Positions 1-8,805 of a stretch of 41,740 nt of DNA are shown piece by piece; within the stretch, counting starts at the first letter, position 1, and each line of letters opens with the position of its first letter. The stretch is from positions 1 through 41,740 of the IMG/VR virus record IMGVR_UViG_3300005573_000152. The stretch is one strand, 5' to 3'. A model generated the notes under the pieces. It was given only the letters and a program-made list of their open reading frames with translations, ran no database searches and was not told the origin of the DNA. The translations under genes and the position numbers were made by a program. This DNA comes from a virus (taxonomy: Duplodnaviria > Caudoviricetes).

Positions 1-988
1 TGGCAGTTAAAGGAGCCCCATTCCCCCCAGCCAAACCATTGCCAGCCACATCACTACCAAGTTTAGCAGCAGTTACAGATGTGGCAGCTAATTGGTTTGT
101 TCCAACTGCTCCCGCCGCAATGTTGGAAGAACCAATAACATTTACTTTAACTCCATTAGGAATATCAGCATAAAGAGTGGTATCAGCAAGTTTTAAAGCT
201 ATAACACTACCACTACCACCCTGTAATCCAGCACCAACTACAGCCCCAAGAGCAGCAGCACCAACGCACTGGCTGCCTAAATTACTACTACCAATAACCC
301 CAACCTTAACACCAGAAGCACTAACATTTATTGTGCTGTCAGCAGCCAATACACTAATTGTATTACCTGAAAGCTGGAGACCATTACCAATAGTATAATT
401 ACCAACATTACTAAAAACTGTAAATGATATGTTATCTGTTCCAATATTGATAGCCCCAGATTTACCTGCTGCTGTGGCGACAAAACCTTTACCACCATTG
501 GTTGAACCATCTTCAACAAAAGTAAAAGCTCCCCAAGTTGCTGTGCCTGTGTTAAAATCAGCAGCTCTTGACCAAGTGCTTATAGAAACCACATAAATTC
601 CATTTTGCGTAGCAGTAGTTTGGTCTTTCACCAGAACCCTATCACCAGTAACACAAGAAACACCATCAATGGTTTGTTCACCAGATAGTGTAATATTTGC
701 TGTGGTAGCGGCTCTTACACTTGCTTTAATATCAAGACCAGCAGCCACATTATCAACATAGTTTTTGGTAGCTGCGTGCATTGCACTTGTTGGGTCAGCA
801 TTTAAGGTTAAGTATCCAGTTAATGTGCCACCAGCAGTGGTTAGCATATTTTTAGAACCAATCTTCTGAACAGTTGAACCATCACCAGCAAACAGTTCTC
901 CTGTATCAGTTCTAAAAGCTAACTCACCAGCAGCCAAAGAAGTAGGATTGCTTCCTGATTTCCTTTTAATTTGAATTGTTACAGCCAT
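1..988 (-). CDS. Virion fibre/decoration protein, 3'-truncated by the window edge (not in ORF track)
   Basis: ATG at 988 with AAGGAG RBS; open to position 1. Reads MAVTIQIKRKSGSNPTSLAAGELAFRTDTGELFAGDG (Mtd_N-like N-terminus), then DPTSAMHAATKNYVD and VRAATTANITLSGEQTIDGV...GDRVLVKDQ...NGIYV, motifs typical of phage fibre/head-decoration proteins; Gly/Ala-rich C-terminal part. Confidence 0.8.
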   Translation of the reverse strand, partial: MAVTIQIKRKSGSNPTSLAAGELAFRTDTGELFAGDGSTVQKIGSKNMLTTAGGTLTGYLTLNADPTSAMHAATKNYVDNVAAGLDIKASVRAATTANITLSGEQTIDGVSCVTGDRVLVKDQTTATQNGIYVVSISTWSRAADFNTGTATWGAFTFVEDGSTNGGKGFVATAAGKSGAINIGTDNISFTVFSNVGNYTIGNGLQLSGNTISVLAADSTINVSASGVKVGVIGSSNLGSQCVGAAALGAVVGAGLQGGSGSVIALKLADTTLYADIPNGVKVNVIGSSNIAAGAVGTNQLAATSVTAAKLGSDVAGNGLAGGNGAPLTA

Positions 989-998
989 ATTTTACTCC

Positions 999-1208
999 TT
1001 AACTATACTCTCCACAATCAATATTATTAAGAGTAATTGATTGTTCTTGGTGTGTCCAAGTATTATTATGCTTAATATAAATAATATTAGTTGTGGTATC
1101 TATCCATATACTTTCATTAACACCTTCATTATCTTTAGGCGGACGAGTAGAAAAAATAATATTCTTTTTTAAATCCTTTATAATATCTAAAGTTTTCTTA
1201 TTGCTCAT
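999..1208 (-). CDS. Small fibre-associated protein
   Basis: Likely start is MSNKK at 1208, overlapping the upstream stop as ATGA. PPKDNEG..SIWIDT..NIIYIK motif and C-terminal IDCGEY resemble short fibre-associated modules. Confidence 0.55.
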   Translation of the reverse strand: MSNKKTLDIIKDLKKNIIFSTRPPKDNEGVNESIWIDTTTNIIYIKHNNTWTHQEQSITLNNIDCGEYS

Positions 1209-1486
1209 CCTAAAGAATTCTCCACCCATTGAGACCAGACAGAACCATAATAAATAAAACCATCTCCAGCAATATAAGGTTGGAATTGCCATCTTCCACT
1301 CTCATCAAGCTCATTTGTAATTTTATAAGTGATTGCTTTATTCCCAACATCAATATCTGCTACCCAATATCCAGTTGCTCCTGATGGTTTTTTATAATAA
1401 ATTCTGGCTTCAGTCACATTACTAATGTCCCTATCTAAATAATTGATTATTGTAATACCAGAGCTGTTTGCATAAATTTTGCTCAT
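1205..1486 (-). CDS. BppU-N-like / Ig-like structural protein
   Basis: 93 aa; DISNVT...YKKPSG...ITY...LDESGRWQFQ pattern resembles the BppU N-terminal-like beta sandwich; lies in the tail cluster. Confidence 0.55.
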   Translation of the reverse strand: MSKIYANSSGITIINYLDRDISNVTEARIYYKKPSGATGYWVADIDVGNKAITYKITNELDESGRWQFQPYIAGDGFIYYGSVWSQWVENSLG

Positions 1487-1488
1487 TG

Positions 1489-3033
1489 TTAACTCTCAAT
1501 AATGGTTTGTATTTTTGATTTCCCAATAATTGTAGGAGAAATGTTGTTTCTTTTTACCAAATTTATTGGCTTTATGCTGGATTTCCCAACAATAGTAGTA
1601 AATATCTTGCTTCTTTTTTCCAAATTTATTATCTCTCTGCTCTGTCCAAATAAAGATAATGCAAGACTTTCTATTATATCAATAATATTAGCAACTTCCT
1701 TCTTACCATTAAATACTACTTCTCCTGTTTCTGTAACAGCAAAAGAACCATAAAAACTATTTGCTTGTTCTTGAGCAATTCCAGCAAAAGTAATTAAATT
1801 GGCTAAAGATAATTCAATTAAATTTTCCCCCTGCTTATAACCAGATTTAGTAAACGAAGCTTCACTTCCAACATTAAACGAACCAAGAGACCCCCGTTTA
1901 CCCACATTGGAAATATTTTGAGAGGCTGTTATCGTTCCAATAGAGCCTTTTCCTTCCTTCTTCCCATTATTAGATATACTTTGAGTAACTATTATTGTTT
2001 CAATAGAACTTTTTCCTGCCTTCTTCCCATCATTAGAAACACTTTGAGCAACTGCTATTGTGTCAATATAGCCTCTACCACCCTTCTTTCCAGCATTAGA
2101 AGTAGAAGAGGTTAAATTAATAGTTACAAAACTACCAGCTGAACTCTTTTTTCCACTATTAGAAAATGCTCCAATAGAAGATATAACAAGCTGACCAGAG
2201 TTTTTCTTTACTCCCAGAGTGTCCAGAGAGGTTGTTGCCGAAATTATAAACTCCCCAGAATAATCCTCTGATGCTCCCTTTAAACCAACTACAGAAATGT
2301 CAGAAGCTTGAGATATTGCAAAACCAAAAAATCTTCCAGAATTTCCACTGTCACTGGTAGATGTAGTAGAAGAAATTGTAAACGAACCATTTCTATTAGC
2401 AATAAAAGCTTTAAGTTCAACCAGAGCAGCTACAAAGTAATCAGCATTAGCTGAAGTTGCAGTAATATTTCCAGTGCTGCCAACAGCTGTGTATTCTTTA
2501 GTTGATAATGTAGCAGCTATATTAGCAGAGCCAGTTCCCGTTCTTGTATCATATCTTTCAGTATAACCACTCGGTGGGGTATAAGTTGTTCCGTAAGCAG
2601 TAGCCGCACAATGAATAGCCCAGTTTCCAGCAGCCTGTATATTAATTGCTGGAGCAGTGTGGCTTGTAGAGGAAGATGTGCTGGTAGAATTAGAATAATT
2701 ACCAATAGGAGAAGCAGTATCTACCCCAGAAAAAGCTATTATAAAACCAATAGCTTCAACAGCAGAACTTAATGACCAAGTATAAGAAGTTGGTTCACTG
2801 GCAGTAGCAACTTTATAGTATAAAGCGTGTCTAATAGCTCTTGTGCCTGCTGTAGCATTGAAAATTTGTGTCCAACCAGCAGGAACAGAACTAATTAAGT
2901 TAGAGTTACTTTCCCAAGCTATATGAGCAACAAGCAGATGACCAGCCTGCACTCCTGATGGAGTGTTCACAGTTACAGAAGTGGTGCTTGTAGAAGTATA
3001 TGGGGTAGAAATACTAACAACAGATATAGACAT
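1489..3033 (-). CDS. Ser/Thr-rich tail or fibre protein with N-terminal beta-sandwich and internal repeats
   Basis: 514 aa; N-terminal TPSGVQAGHLLVA...PAGWTQI...YYKVATASEPTSYTW domain of a type seen in surface and phage tail proteins; repetitive C-terminal half. Confidence 0.65.
   Translation of the reverse strand: MSISVVSISTPYTSTSTTSVTVNTPSGVQAGHLLVAHIAWESNSNLISSVPAGWTQIFNATAGTRAIRHALYYKVATASEPTSYTWSLSSAVEAIGFIIAFSGVDTASPIGNYSNSTSTSSSTSHTAPAINIQAAGNWAIHCAATAYGTTYTPPSGYTERYDTRTGTGSANIAATLSTKEYTAVGSTGNITATSANADYFVAALVELKAFIANRNGSFTISSTTSTSDSGNSGRFFGFAISQASDISVVGLKGASEDYSGEFIISATTSLDTLGVKKNSGQLVISSIGAFSNSGKKSSAGSFVTINLTSSTSNAGKKGGRGYIDTIAVAQSVSNDGKKAGKSSIETIIVTQSISNNGKKEGKGSIGTITASQNISNVGKRGSLGSFNVGSEASFTKSGYKQGENLIELSLANLITFAGIAQEQANSFYGSFAVTETGEVVFNGKKEVANIIDIIESLALSLFGQSREIINLEKRSKIFTTIVGKSSIKPINLVKRNNISPTIIGKSKIQTIIES
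1850..2100 (-). repeat. About four degenerate 63-bp (21-aa) coding repeats
   Basis: SNAGKKGGRGYIDTIAVAQSV / SNDGKKAGKSSIETIIVTQSI / SNNGKKEGKGSIGTITASQNI / SNVGKRGSLGSF, with weaker copies on both sides. Confidence 0.8.
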
Positions 3034-3042
3034 TTAACACCG

Positions 3043-3393
3043 TTAACTTATAGAAATTGTTCCAGAAGTTACAGTATAAGTCCCTTGACCAGAATAGGTT
3101 TCATTTGTAACAGCAGCAGAACCATAAAAAGTTCCACCTGTTGATGCTGACCATAAGCCAACATATTTTACCGTTGTCCCAGCAGGAATATCAAATACAG
3201 GCTGATTTGTAATAGACACAGACCCATTGCTTGGTGTTCCCCAAGTCAAACTCTTACGAGCATAAGCAGGAGAACCACCAGAAATTTCATTAGCCCCGTT
3301 ATCTGCGGGGTCATTATTATGAATTGAAGCATAAACAGCCTGACCTATAAGATTTGTCAGCATACTATTTTTTGCAGTAGTATTAAGTCCCAT
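3043..3393 (-). CDS. Small tail-fibre-associated protein
   Basis: 116 aa; H..DP...GANEISGG..YAR...W...S.G...F.IPAG.TV..VGLW.A.TGG motif of a common phage tail protein family. Confidence 0.7.
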   Translation of the reverse strand: MGLNTTAKNSMLTNLIGQAVYASIHNNDPADNGANEISGGSPAYARKSLTWGTPSNGSVSITNQPVFDIPAGTTVKYVGLWSASTGGTFYGSAAVTNETYSGQGTYTVTSGTISIS

Positions 3394-3395
3394 TG

Positions 3396-5273
3396 TTACT
3401 CTCCATATTCTCTAATACCTTTTCCTCTGTAATACAGAGTTAAAGAGTTTAAAATAAATTCATTTGATAAGTCACCCGTAATAATATATTTAAAAAGTCT
3501 TCCTGTTAATCCTGCATCTGTTCCTTTCTCATCTATTAAATTTGCTCCGCCACCACAATAAACCAAATTACAATAAGTATTAGGTTCTCCACAATAAACA
3601 GCTTCAGTTCCCTTCAAATAATAGTTATATTTCTTTGGATTAAAATCAACCATAAAAGAAAGAGATATATTATCCTGTCCACCTGTATAATAATTACATC
3701 TAAAATACCTTAATAAAAAGCACATATTCTCTGGTTTTCTAAAATTAAACCAACCACTCTCTATTTCAATAGGAATAGGATAATTTTCATCTGCATCTCC
3801 ATTATCCAAAAGATAAACATAACCGTTATCTCCACCAGCTATAATTCTGGTTTCCCCTTCTTCATCAATATATTTTCCCAAGCATTTAAAATTATGATTT
3901 GGATAAATATTTACTGTCCAAGCAAAATATCCTGCAACAGCAGTAACAGGCATAGGCTCAAAATAATTAATTGTTGGAAGAATAAAGGTAGCAACATATT
4001 CTCTTGTTTCTAATCCAGAAGAAGTAATTAAATATCTAATCTGATTTTTAGTTGGATATAGAACCCCAGTTACTCCATTTTGATTATAAGGAGAAATATA
4101 TCCATCAGCAATTAGTTTATCTGCTATAGTTTTAGAAACAGGATATAAATTCTCACCATCAAAAGAATACCAGCCATTTTCCGATAAGAATATAACCTGC
4201 TTTCCAACTCTTACTATTGAATATGGAGAAATACACCCAACTTGATAATCTGATATTTCAAGTCGTTTTAATTCAAAATCTCCTGCAATAGTAAAAATTT
4301 TATTCTTTTTAAAAACAACCAAATAATCTGGTAAAGAAGCAATGCCTGTTATTTCTTCTCCATCTCCTTTACCAAAATACTCATAATTTAACGGCGGAAC
4401 AGCATCTCCATTATTTATTTTTGAATAAACAACTAAACTTTCTCCATCTTCTTCATCTGGGCAATTAGCATAAAATAATCTATTTTTATATTCCACAACA
4501 AATTTAGCTGTCGGCGGAATATAGTTATCAAACTCAACAGTAGTTCCTAAATCATTATCAGAAATTGAGTCAATATAGTAGTTATCTGCATTAGCAACTT
4601 CAGTAACTAAATAAAAATTAGCTGGAGTTTCTGCTGGCTGTAAACTATAAGTTCTATAAATTCTAATCTTATCAACTTGTGGGTCACTACTTCCTAAATA
4701 CTCAACTTTTATTCCTTCATTAGAAGGAGAAATAATGTCTGATATTGGAGAAGGATTGCTCTCTATATTAAATAATGAAGAATAATAAGTATAAACATAA
4801 GCATAATTACCTGATAATGTTCCTGTCGTTTTAGAAACAGTTGGTTTAGAAGAAGGAGCTGTAATACCTATATTATAACTGTTGTTATTAAGAACCTTAA
4901 AATTATCATCATAACCATTAACAATGTAACAAACATCATTTAGAATAGAAAAACTTAGCCTTTTAGTCTGTGATAAACCTTCTCTTACTGCTCCCCATCC
5001 CTGTGCAGTATGTCTCCATAAAGAACCATTGCAAAGAGCTAATATATAATTTCCATTAGAAGAATAATAATTTATTACATCCGTTACAGGAGCATCTGCA
5101 ATCTTTTCAGAGAATAACTTTGCTACTCCTTTCCTTTTCGCCAGACCTCTTTTAGGAGTAAGTTCTATATTAGTAGCTTTAAGTAAAGACCGAATATCCA
5201 GAGTAGTTTCAGAACTTGTTAGGTCTAAACCTAAAGACCAATCTTTAAGTTCAAAAAATCCTTGAATATTCAT
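3396..5273 (-). CDS. Tail nozzle / stabilisation protein (T7 gp12 / P22 gp10 analogue)
   Basis: 625 aa; N-terminal GLD...ATNI...GLAKRKG, beta-propeller-like blades (EEITGI..L.DYLVVFK, GCISPYSI); directly follows the adaptor gene. Confidence 0.75.
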   Translation of the reverse strand: MNIQGFFELKDWSLGLDLTSSETTLDIRSLLKATNIELTPKRGLAKRKGVAKLFSEKIADAPVTDVINYYSSNGNYILALCNGSLWRHTAQGWGAVREGLSQTKRLSFSILNDVCYIVNGYDDNFKVLNNNSYNIGITAPSSKPTVSKTTGTLSGNYAYVYTYYSSLFNIESNPSPISDIISPSNEGIKVEYLGSSDPQVDKIRIYRTYSLQPAETPANFYLVTEVANADNYYIDSISDNDLGTTVEFDNYIPPTAKFVVEYKNRLFYANCPDEEDGESLVVYSKINNGDAVPPLNYEYFGKGDGEEITGIASLPDYLVVFKKNKIFTIAGDFELKRLEISDYQVGCISPYSIVRVGKQVIFLSENGWYSFDGENLYPVSKTIADKLIADGYISPYNQNGVTGVLYPTKNQIRYLITSSGLETREYVATFILPTINYFEPMPVTAVAGYFAWTVNIYPNHNFKCLGKYIDEEGETRIIAGGDNGYVYLLDNGDADENYPIPIEIESGWFNFRKPENMCFLLRYFRCNYYTGGQDNISLSFMVDFNPKKYNYYLKGTEAVYCGEPNTYCNLVYCGGGANLIDEKGTDAGLTGRLFKYIITGDLSNEFILNSLTLYYRGKGIREYGE

Positions 5274-5860
5274 TAATCCATTATCTCTTCATTTTGTAGC
5301 TGTTTTTTAGTTAAGTTTCTAACAGCATCATCATAAAATTGTTTCTGAAGAACTAATAAATATTGCGGAATATTCTCATCCTTTACCTTTGCCTGAATAA
5401 CAACCTCTACCGCCAGCAATGGGTGCAACTCTTCTGGAACATCTTCTAAATCTTGGAATTTAGGCAAATATTTTAATTTAAAATAATTCTGACTACTTTC
5501 TGTTGGAGTTGGATAAATTCTTATCTGACCACCCTCAAAACGCCAGCCTTCTAAATTATTTTCTTCATAATAATCAAGCATATTGTCTGGAATATAAGGA
5601 AATATTTTACTTGGGTCAGCAGCTACTTTTAAATAGACTACTCGTGAGTAGTCTTCTGGTAGTGGAATATATGGAGAATTTGCAGTAGTGGATAAGTAAG
5701 TTGTAACAGAATAAACAGGCACAAGTAATGACCAAAATCTTCCAAGAATATTAATTAAAGCTACTTCTAAATAAGTATCTATTTCAGCATCAGTCCAGTA
5801 AGATGCCTGTGGTTCTGCCAGCAATGACCTAACATAAGAACGGAAAGTTGTAATATCCAT
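5273..5860 (-). CDS. Head-tail adaptor protein
   Basis: 195 aa; VRSLLAEP...WTDAEIDTYL, LPEDY, IRIYPTP, VPEELH motifs; located between capsid and nozzle. Confidence 0.75.
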   Translation of the reverse strand: MDITTFRSYVRSLLAEPQASYWTDAEIDTYLEVALINILGRFWSLLVPVYSVTTYLSTTANSPYIPLPEDYSRVVYLKVAADPSKIFPYIPDNMLDYYEENNLEGWRFEGGQIRIYPTPTESSQNYFKLKYLPKFQDLEDVPEELHPLLAVEVVIQAKVKDENIPQYLLVLQKQFYDDAVRNLTKKQLQNEEIMD

Positions 5861-6271
5861 TTATTTACTCCATACTCTTGTCATAGCATTATAACCAATT
5901 TTAGCAGCATCTTTAATCATCTCTTCTTCTTCCTGCTCTGCTTTTTTTACTAATTCTGCATTAGCATCATCAATTTCTTTTAAAATTTTATGAACAGGTC
6001 TTTCTGTAAACTTCTTTGCTTTTTTTAATGTATAAAGAACTCGTTGGTCTAATGGATGATAACCAATATCCCTTCCTCTATCATCATCGTATTTAACAAC
6101 TAAAATCAGCACACTATTCTTTATAATATTATCCCAATCACCTCTACTCCAGATAGTTGGTTTAGTTAGCCATCTACGAATTTGCCAACGATGTTTCTTT
6201 CCATCCCAAACTACAAAATATTCTGGGTCAATATAAGATAATTCTTTTTCAAACCATTTAGGTGGAAGCAT
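5861..6271 (-). CDS. Hypothetical protein of the head-completion cluster
   Basis: 136-aa ORF tightly packed between neighbours on the same strand. Confidence 0.65.
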   Translation of the reverse strand: MLPPKWFEKELSYIDPEYFVVWDGKKHRWQIRRWLTKPTIWSRGDWDNIIKNSVLILVVKYDDDRGRDIGYHPLDQRVLYTLKKAKKFTERPVHKILKEIDDANAELVKKAEQEEEEMIKDAAKIGYNAMTRVWSK

Positions 6272-6272
6272 T

Positions 6273-6476
6273 TTATAGCCTCTTTAATTTGATTATCATC
6301 TCTTTATCTTTATTTTTTATACTAACCCAAAATTCTTTTCCTGTCCTTGTTCCCATTTTAAATTCAACTTCAGGAACTTTAAAAATTATATCATTTAGTT
6401 CAAACTCATCTAAAGTTTCAAACATAACTGATTTAATTCTATTAAGCTCCTCTGGTAAAATTGTTGGTTCTTTCAT
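6273..6476 (-). CDS. Hypothetical protein
   Basis: Likely start MKEPT at 6476 with GGAG RBS; the longer ORF-track start runs through the terminator hairpin. Confidence 0.6.
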   Translation of the reverse strand: MKEPTILPEELNRIKSVMFETLDEFELNDIIFKVPEVEFKMGTRTGKEFWVSIKNKDKEMIIKLKRL

Positions 6477-6490
6477 TTTATCTCCAGTGT

Positions 6491-6530
6491 AAAAAAGTGA
6501 TAAGGGGAGGACGGGCGTCCTCCCCCTCAC
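6491..6530 (-). terminator. Intrinsic terminator after the capsid gene
   Basis: GGGGAGGAC/GTCCTCCCC stem (6504-6525) followed on the minus strand by TTATCACTTTTTT. Confidence 0.75.
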
Positions 6531-6540
6531 TCACTCAATT

Positions 6541-7770
6541 TTATGAAGTAGTTACACCAGTTAACACACCGTGAGCGTTCCTGCAATCAGTGCCGTAGTT
6601 GGTATAAATCTTGAACCACGCTTCATAAGCATCCTTGCCAGCAACAGGTTTAATGATTCCACCGCCTTTGTCATCCCAAGTAAGTGGTAGCAATTCATAT
6701 CTCTTAATATGCGGACTGGAGATGAAATACATATAACCATTGAACATACGAGGATGAGCAATAATAGGAAGTTCAACATTGCCACCAACATACTTGATAG
6801 CTTTCCAACCAGCAGTAAATTCCTGCGTATTGACAAGTTGCCTCAATGCCTGCATCATAGTAATTAATTTGTTACGAATTGCATAAGTCGTCCAAATCTG
6901 GTCAACGGGTTCACCATCGGTTCTCTGGTCAATTGCATCCAGAGTTTCCTGAATTAGTGTTTCAGAAATAAGACCAGCACTGGACTTTACATAAGCCTGC
7001 CACAGAGGTTCAGCAGTTGCATCAATGCCCTGAAAAGTGCTACCAAGATTTCCAGCACTAACAATAGCACCAATACCAACTACTTCACCAATATCGTCAA
7101 CAGAAGAAGCATATACACCATAACGATAAATTGCATCACCAACAGCAGCAACAGAAATATTAGGAGTAACATAAATTTTATTATTAGCAGCATCAATAGA
7201 AGTAATCTGACCAGCATAGGCTTGAGTAGTATTGGGTATATAAATCTTCATACCCTTCCTGAAAAATTTAGTTGCAGGAGTATCACCAGTCACACCAGCG
7301 GGGTCTTTCACCACAATATAGCTCTGAGAAGAACTAATAGCTGTATTAACCAGACCAAGAACACCAGTTCCAAAGGTAATGGTCTGCCTATCCATATCAA
7401 TAGCAAAGGCATTGGTGACACCCTTAATTTCATTAGTCAGGACATCAACCCAACCACCCTTACCTTTTGAAGCCTCAATAGAAAAACCATCAACCATTAC
7501 ACGACCATAAATTCTCTTGATTTTAATATAGGTCTGGTCATAAGCGTTTCTTTGAGCTTCAGGCAGGTCGTAAATATTGGCAGCAGCTCCACCAACAGCC
7601 TCACTGAACGCTAATTGAACAGGAATAGTTAGTTGTTTACCAGCAAAATCAGCAGTCTTTTTCTCAAAAATCGCCCAAGCAGGAACTTTTTTAGGCATCT
7701 GGTTTACAATTGCAGGAGCATAAACTTCTTTTAGAATTTTCTGAATATATTGATATTCTTGCATAGCCAT
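6541..7770 (-). CDS. Major capsid protein
   Basis: 409 aa; N-terminal ILKEVY.P.IVNQ and C-terminal NYG..CRNAHG.LTG motifs; follows scaffold and portal and is followed by a terminator. Confidence 0.85.
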   Translation of the reverse strand: MAMQEYQYIQKILKEVYAPAIVNQMPKKVPAWAIFEKKTADFAGKQLTIPVQLAFSEAVGGAAANIYDLPEAQRNAYDQTYIKIKRIYGRVMVDGFSIEASKGKGGWVDVLTNEIKGVTNAFAIDMDRQTITFGTGVLGLVNTAISSSQSYIVVKDPAGVTGDTPATKFFRKGMKIYIPNTTQAYAGQITSIDAANNKIYVTPNISVAAVGDAIYRYGVYASSVDDIGEVVGIGAIVSAGNLGSTFQGIDATAEPLWQAYVKSSAGLISETLIQETLDAIDQRTDGEPVDQIWTTYAIRNKLITMMQALRQLVNTQEFTAGWKAIKYVGGNVELPIIAHPRMFNGYMYFISSPHIKRYELLPLTWDDKGGGIIKPVAGKDAYEAWFKIYTNYGTDCRNAHGVLTGVTTS

Positions 7771-7773
7771 AGT

Positions 7774-8805
7774 TTATTCCTCTAATTTTGATTTCTCTAT
7801 ATACTCTCTATAGAGTTTTTTGGCGTATTCGGAAGCATTATCCAGAGTGATTGTTGCTTTTTCTGGAGCAGATACAATTACCTTTTTAGTTTCACCAGAA
7901 GTTTTTGATACAGGAGTAGTCTTTTTAGCTTTAGCCTGTTTAGCTAAATATTCTTTAATAAGTTCTCCCATTACCTCTTGCTTAATTTCAGGATTAGATG
8001 CAAAAATTCTTTTGACAAAATCAACAGAACCATAATATTTTTGTGAAGCTTCCATAATTTTTTGAATAGGAACTTGTCCACCCGTTAAGAAATGAACAGC
8101 CAGCACTTCTTCTACATTAGCAAGAGGATAATCTTCTTTATGCTTTTCAATCTCCTGCATCAGGGCTGCTGATTGCTTTTCAGCTTCCTTTTGGGCTTGA
8201 GCAGCAGTTAATTCTGCTACTTGAGCCTTAAGTTGCTTTAGAGAGTTCTTTAAAACTTTGGTCGCTTCATCATCAAGGTCGGTTATTTCTAAAGACTCAT
8301 CAGAAATTTCTTCAGCCTTTTGAGCTAAAGTTTCCTTTTGAGCTTCAGAAAGCCCACCTTTTTGATGTTGTGCCAGTTTTAAAGCGTCCTCAAGCATTTT
8401 TTCTTTAGCAGCCAATTCTTCTGCTTTTCTGGAATTTTCTTCCATTGCTTGATAAAACCGAAGTCCTTTCTGTAATAGAGCAGTAAGTTCCTCTGGAGTA
8501 AAGTCTCCGACTTTCGCCTCTAACCCTTTTGATTTAAGGGTTGTATCCGATTTAATAAATTCTTTAATTTTCTTAATTGTCTCATTTTCTACATTTTCTA
8601 CTTTTTCTTCTTTTTCTACTTCTTCTTCTTCTTCAATAGGTTCTTCTACAACCTCCTCCTCTGTTTCTTCTTCTACTACCTCCTCATCTGGCAATTCTTC
8701 AATTTCTTCAATCATTGATTTAATTGTTGAATCAACATCAGTATCATCAAGATTGATGTCTTCTTCAAACTCTTTGTCATCATTTTCTAATTTTTCATTT
8801 ACCAT
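7774..8805 (-). CDS. Capsid scaffolding protein
   Basis: 343 aa; very acidic N-terminus, coiled-coil body, between portal and capsid. Confidence 0.7.
   Translation of the reverse strand: MVNEKLENDDKEFEEDINLDDTDVDSTIKSMIEEIEELPDEEVVEEETEEEVVEEPIEEEEEVEKEEKVENVENETIKKIKEFIKSDTTLKSKGLEAKVGDFTPEELTALLQKGLRFYQAMEENSRKAEELAAKEKMLEDALKLAQHQKGGLSEAQKETLAQKAEEISDESLEITDLDDEATKVLKNSLKQLKAQVAELTAAQAQKEAEKQSAALMQEIEKHKEDYPLANVEEVLAVHFLTGGQVPIQKIMEASQKYYGSVDFVKRIFASNPEIKQEVMGELIKEYLAKQAKAKKTTPVSKTSGETKKVIVSAPEKATITLDNASEYAKKLYREYIEKSKLEE

Noticed and set aside
1-988. Diversity-generating retroelement suggested by the Mtd_N-like fibre N-terminus
   Set aside because: No reverse transcriptase and no template/variable repeat pair is visible in the window.
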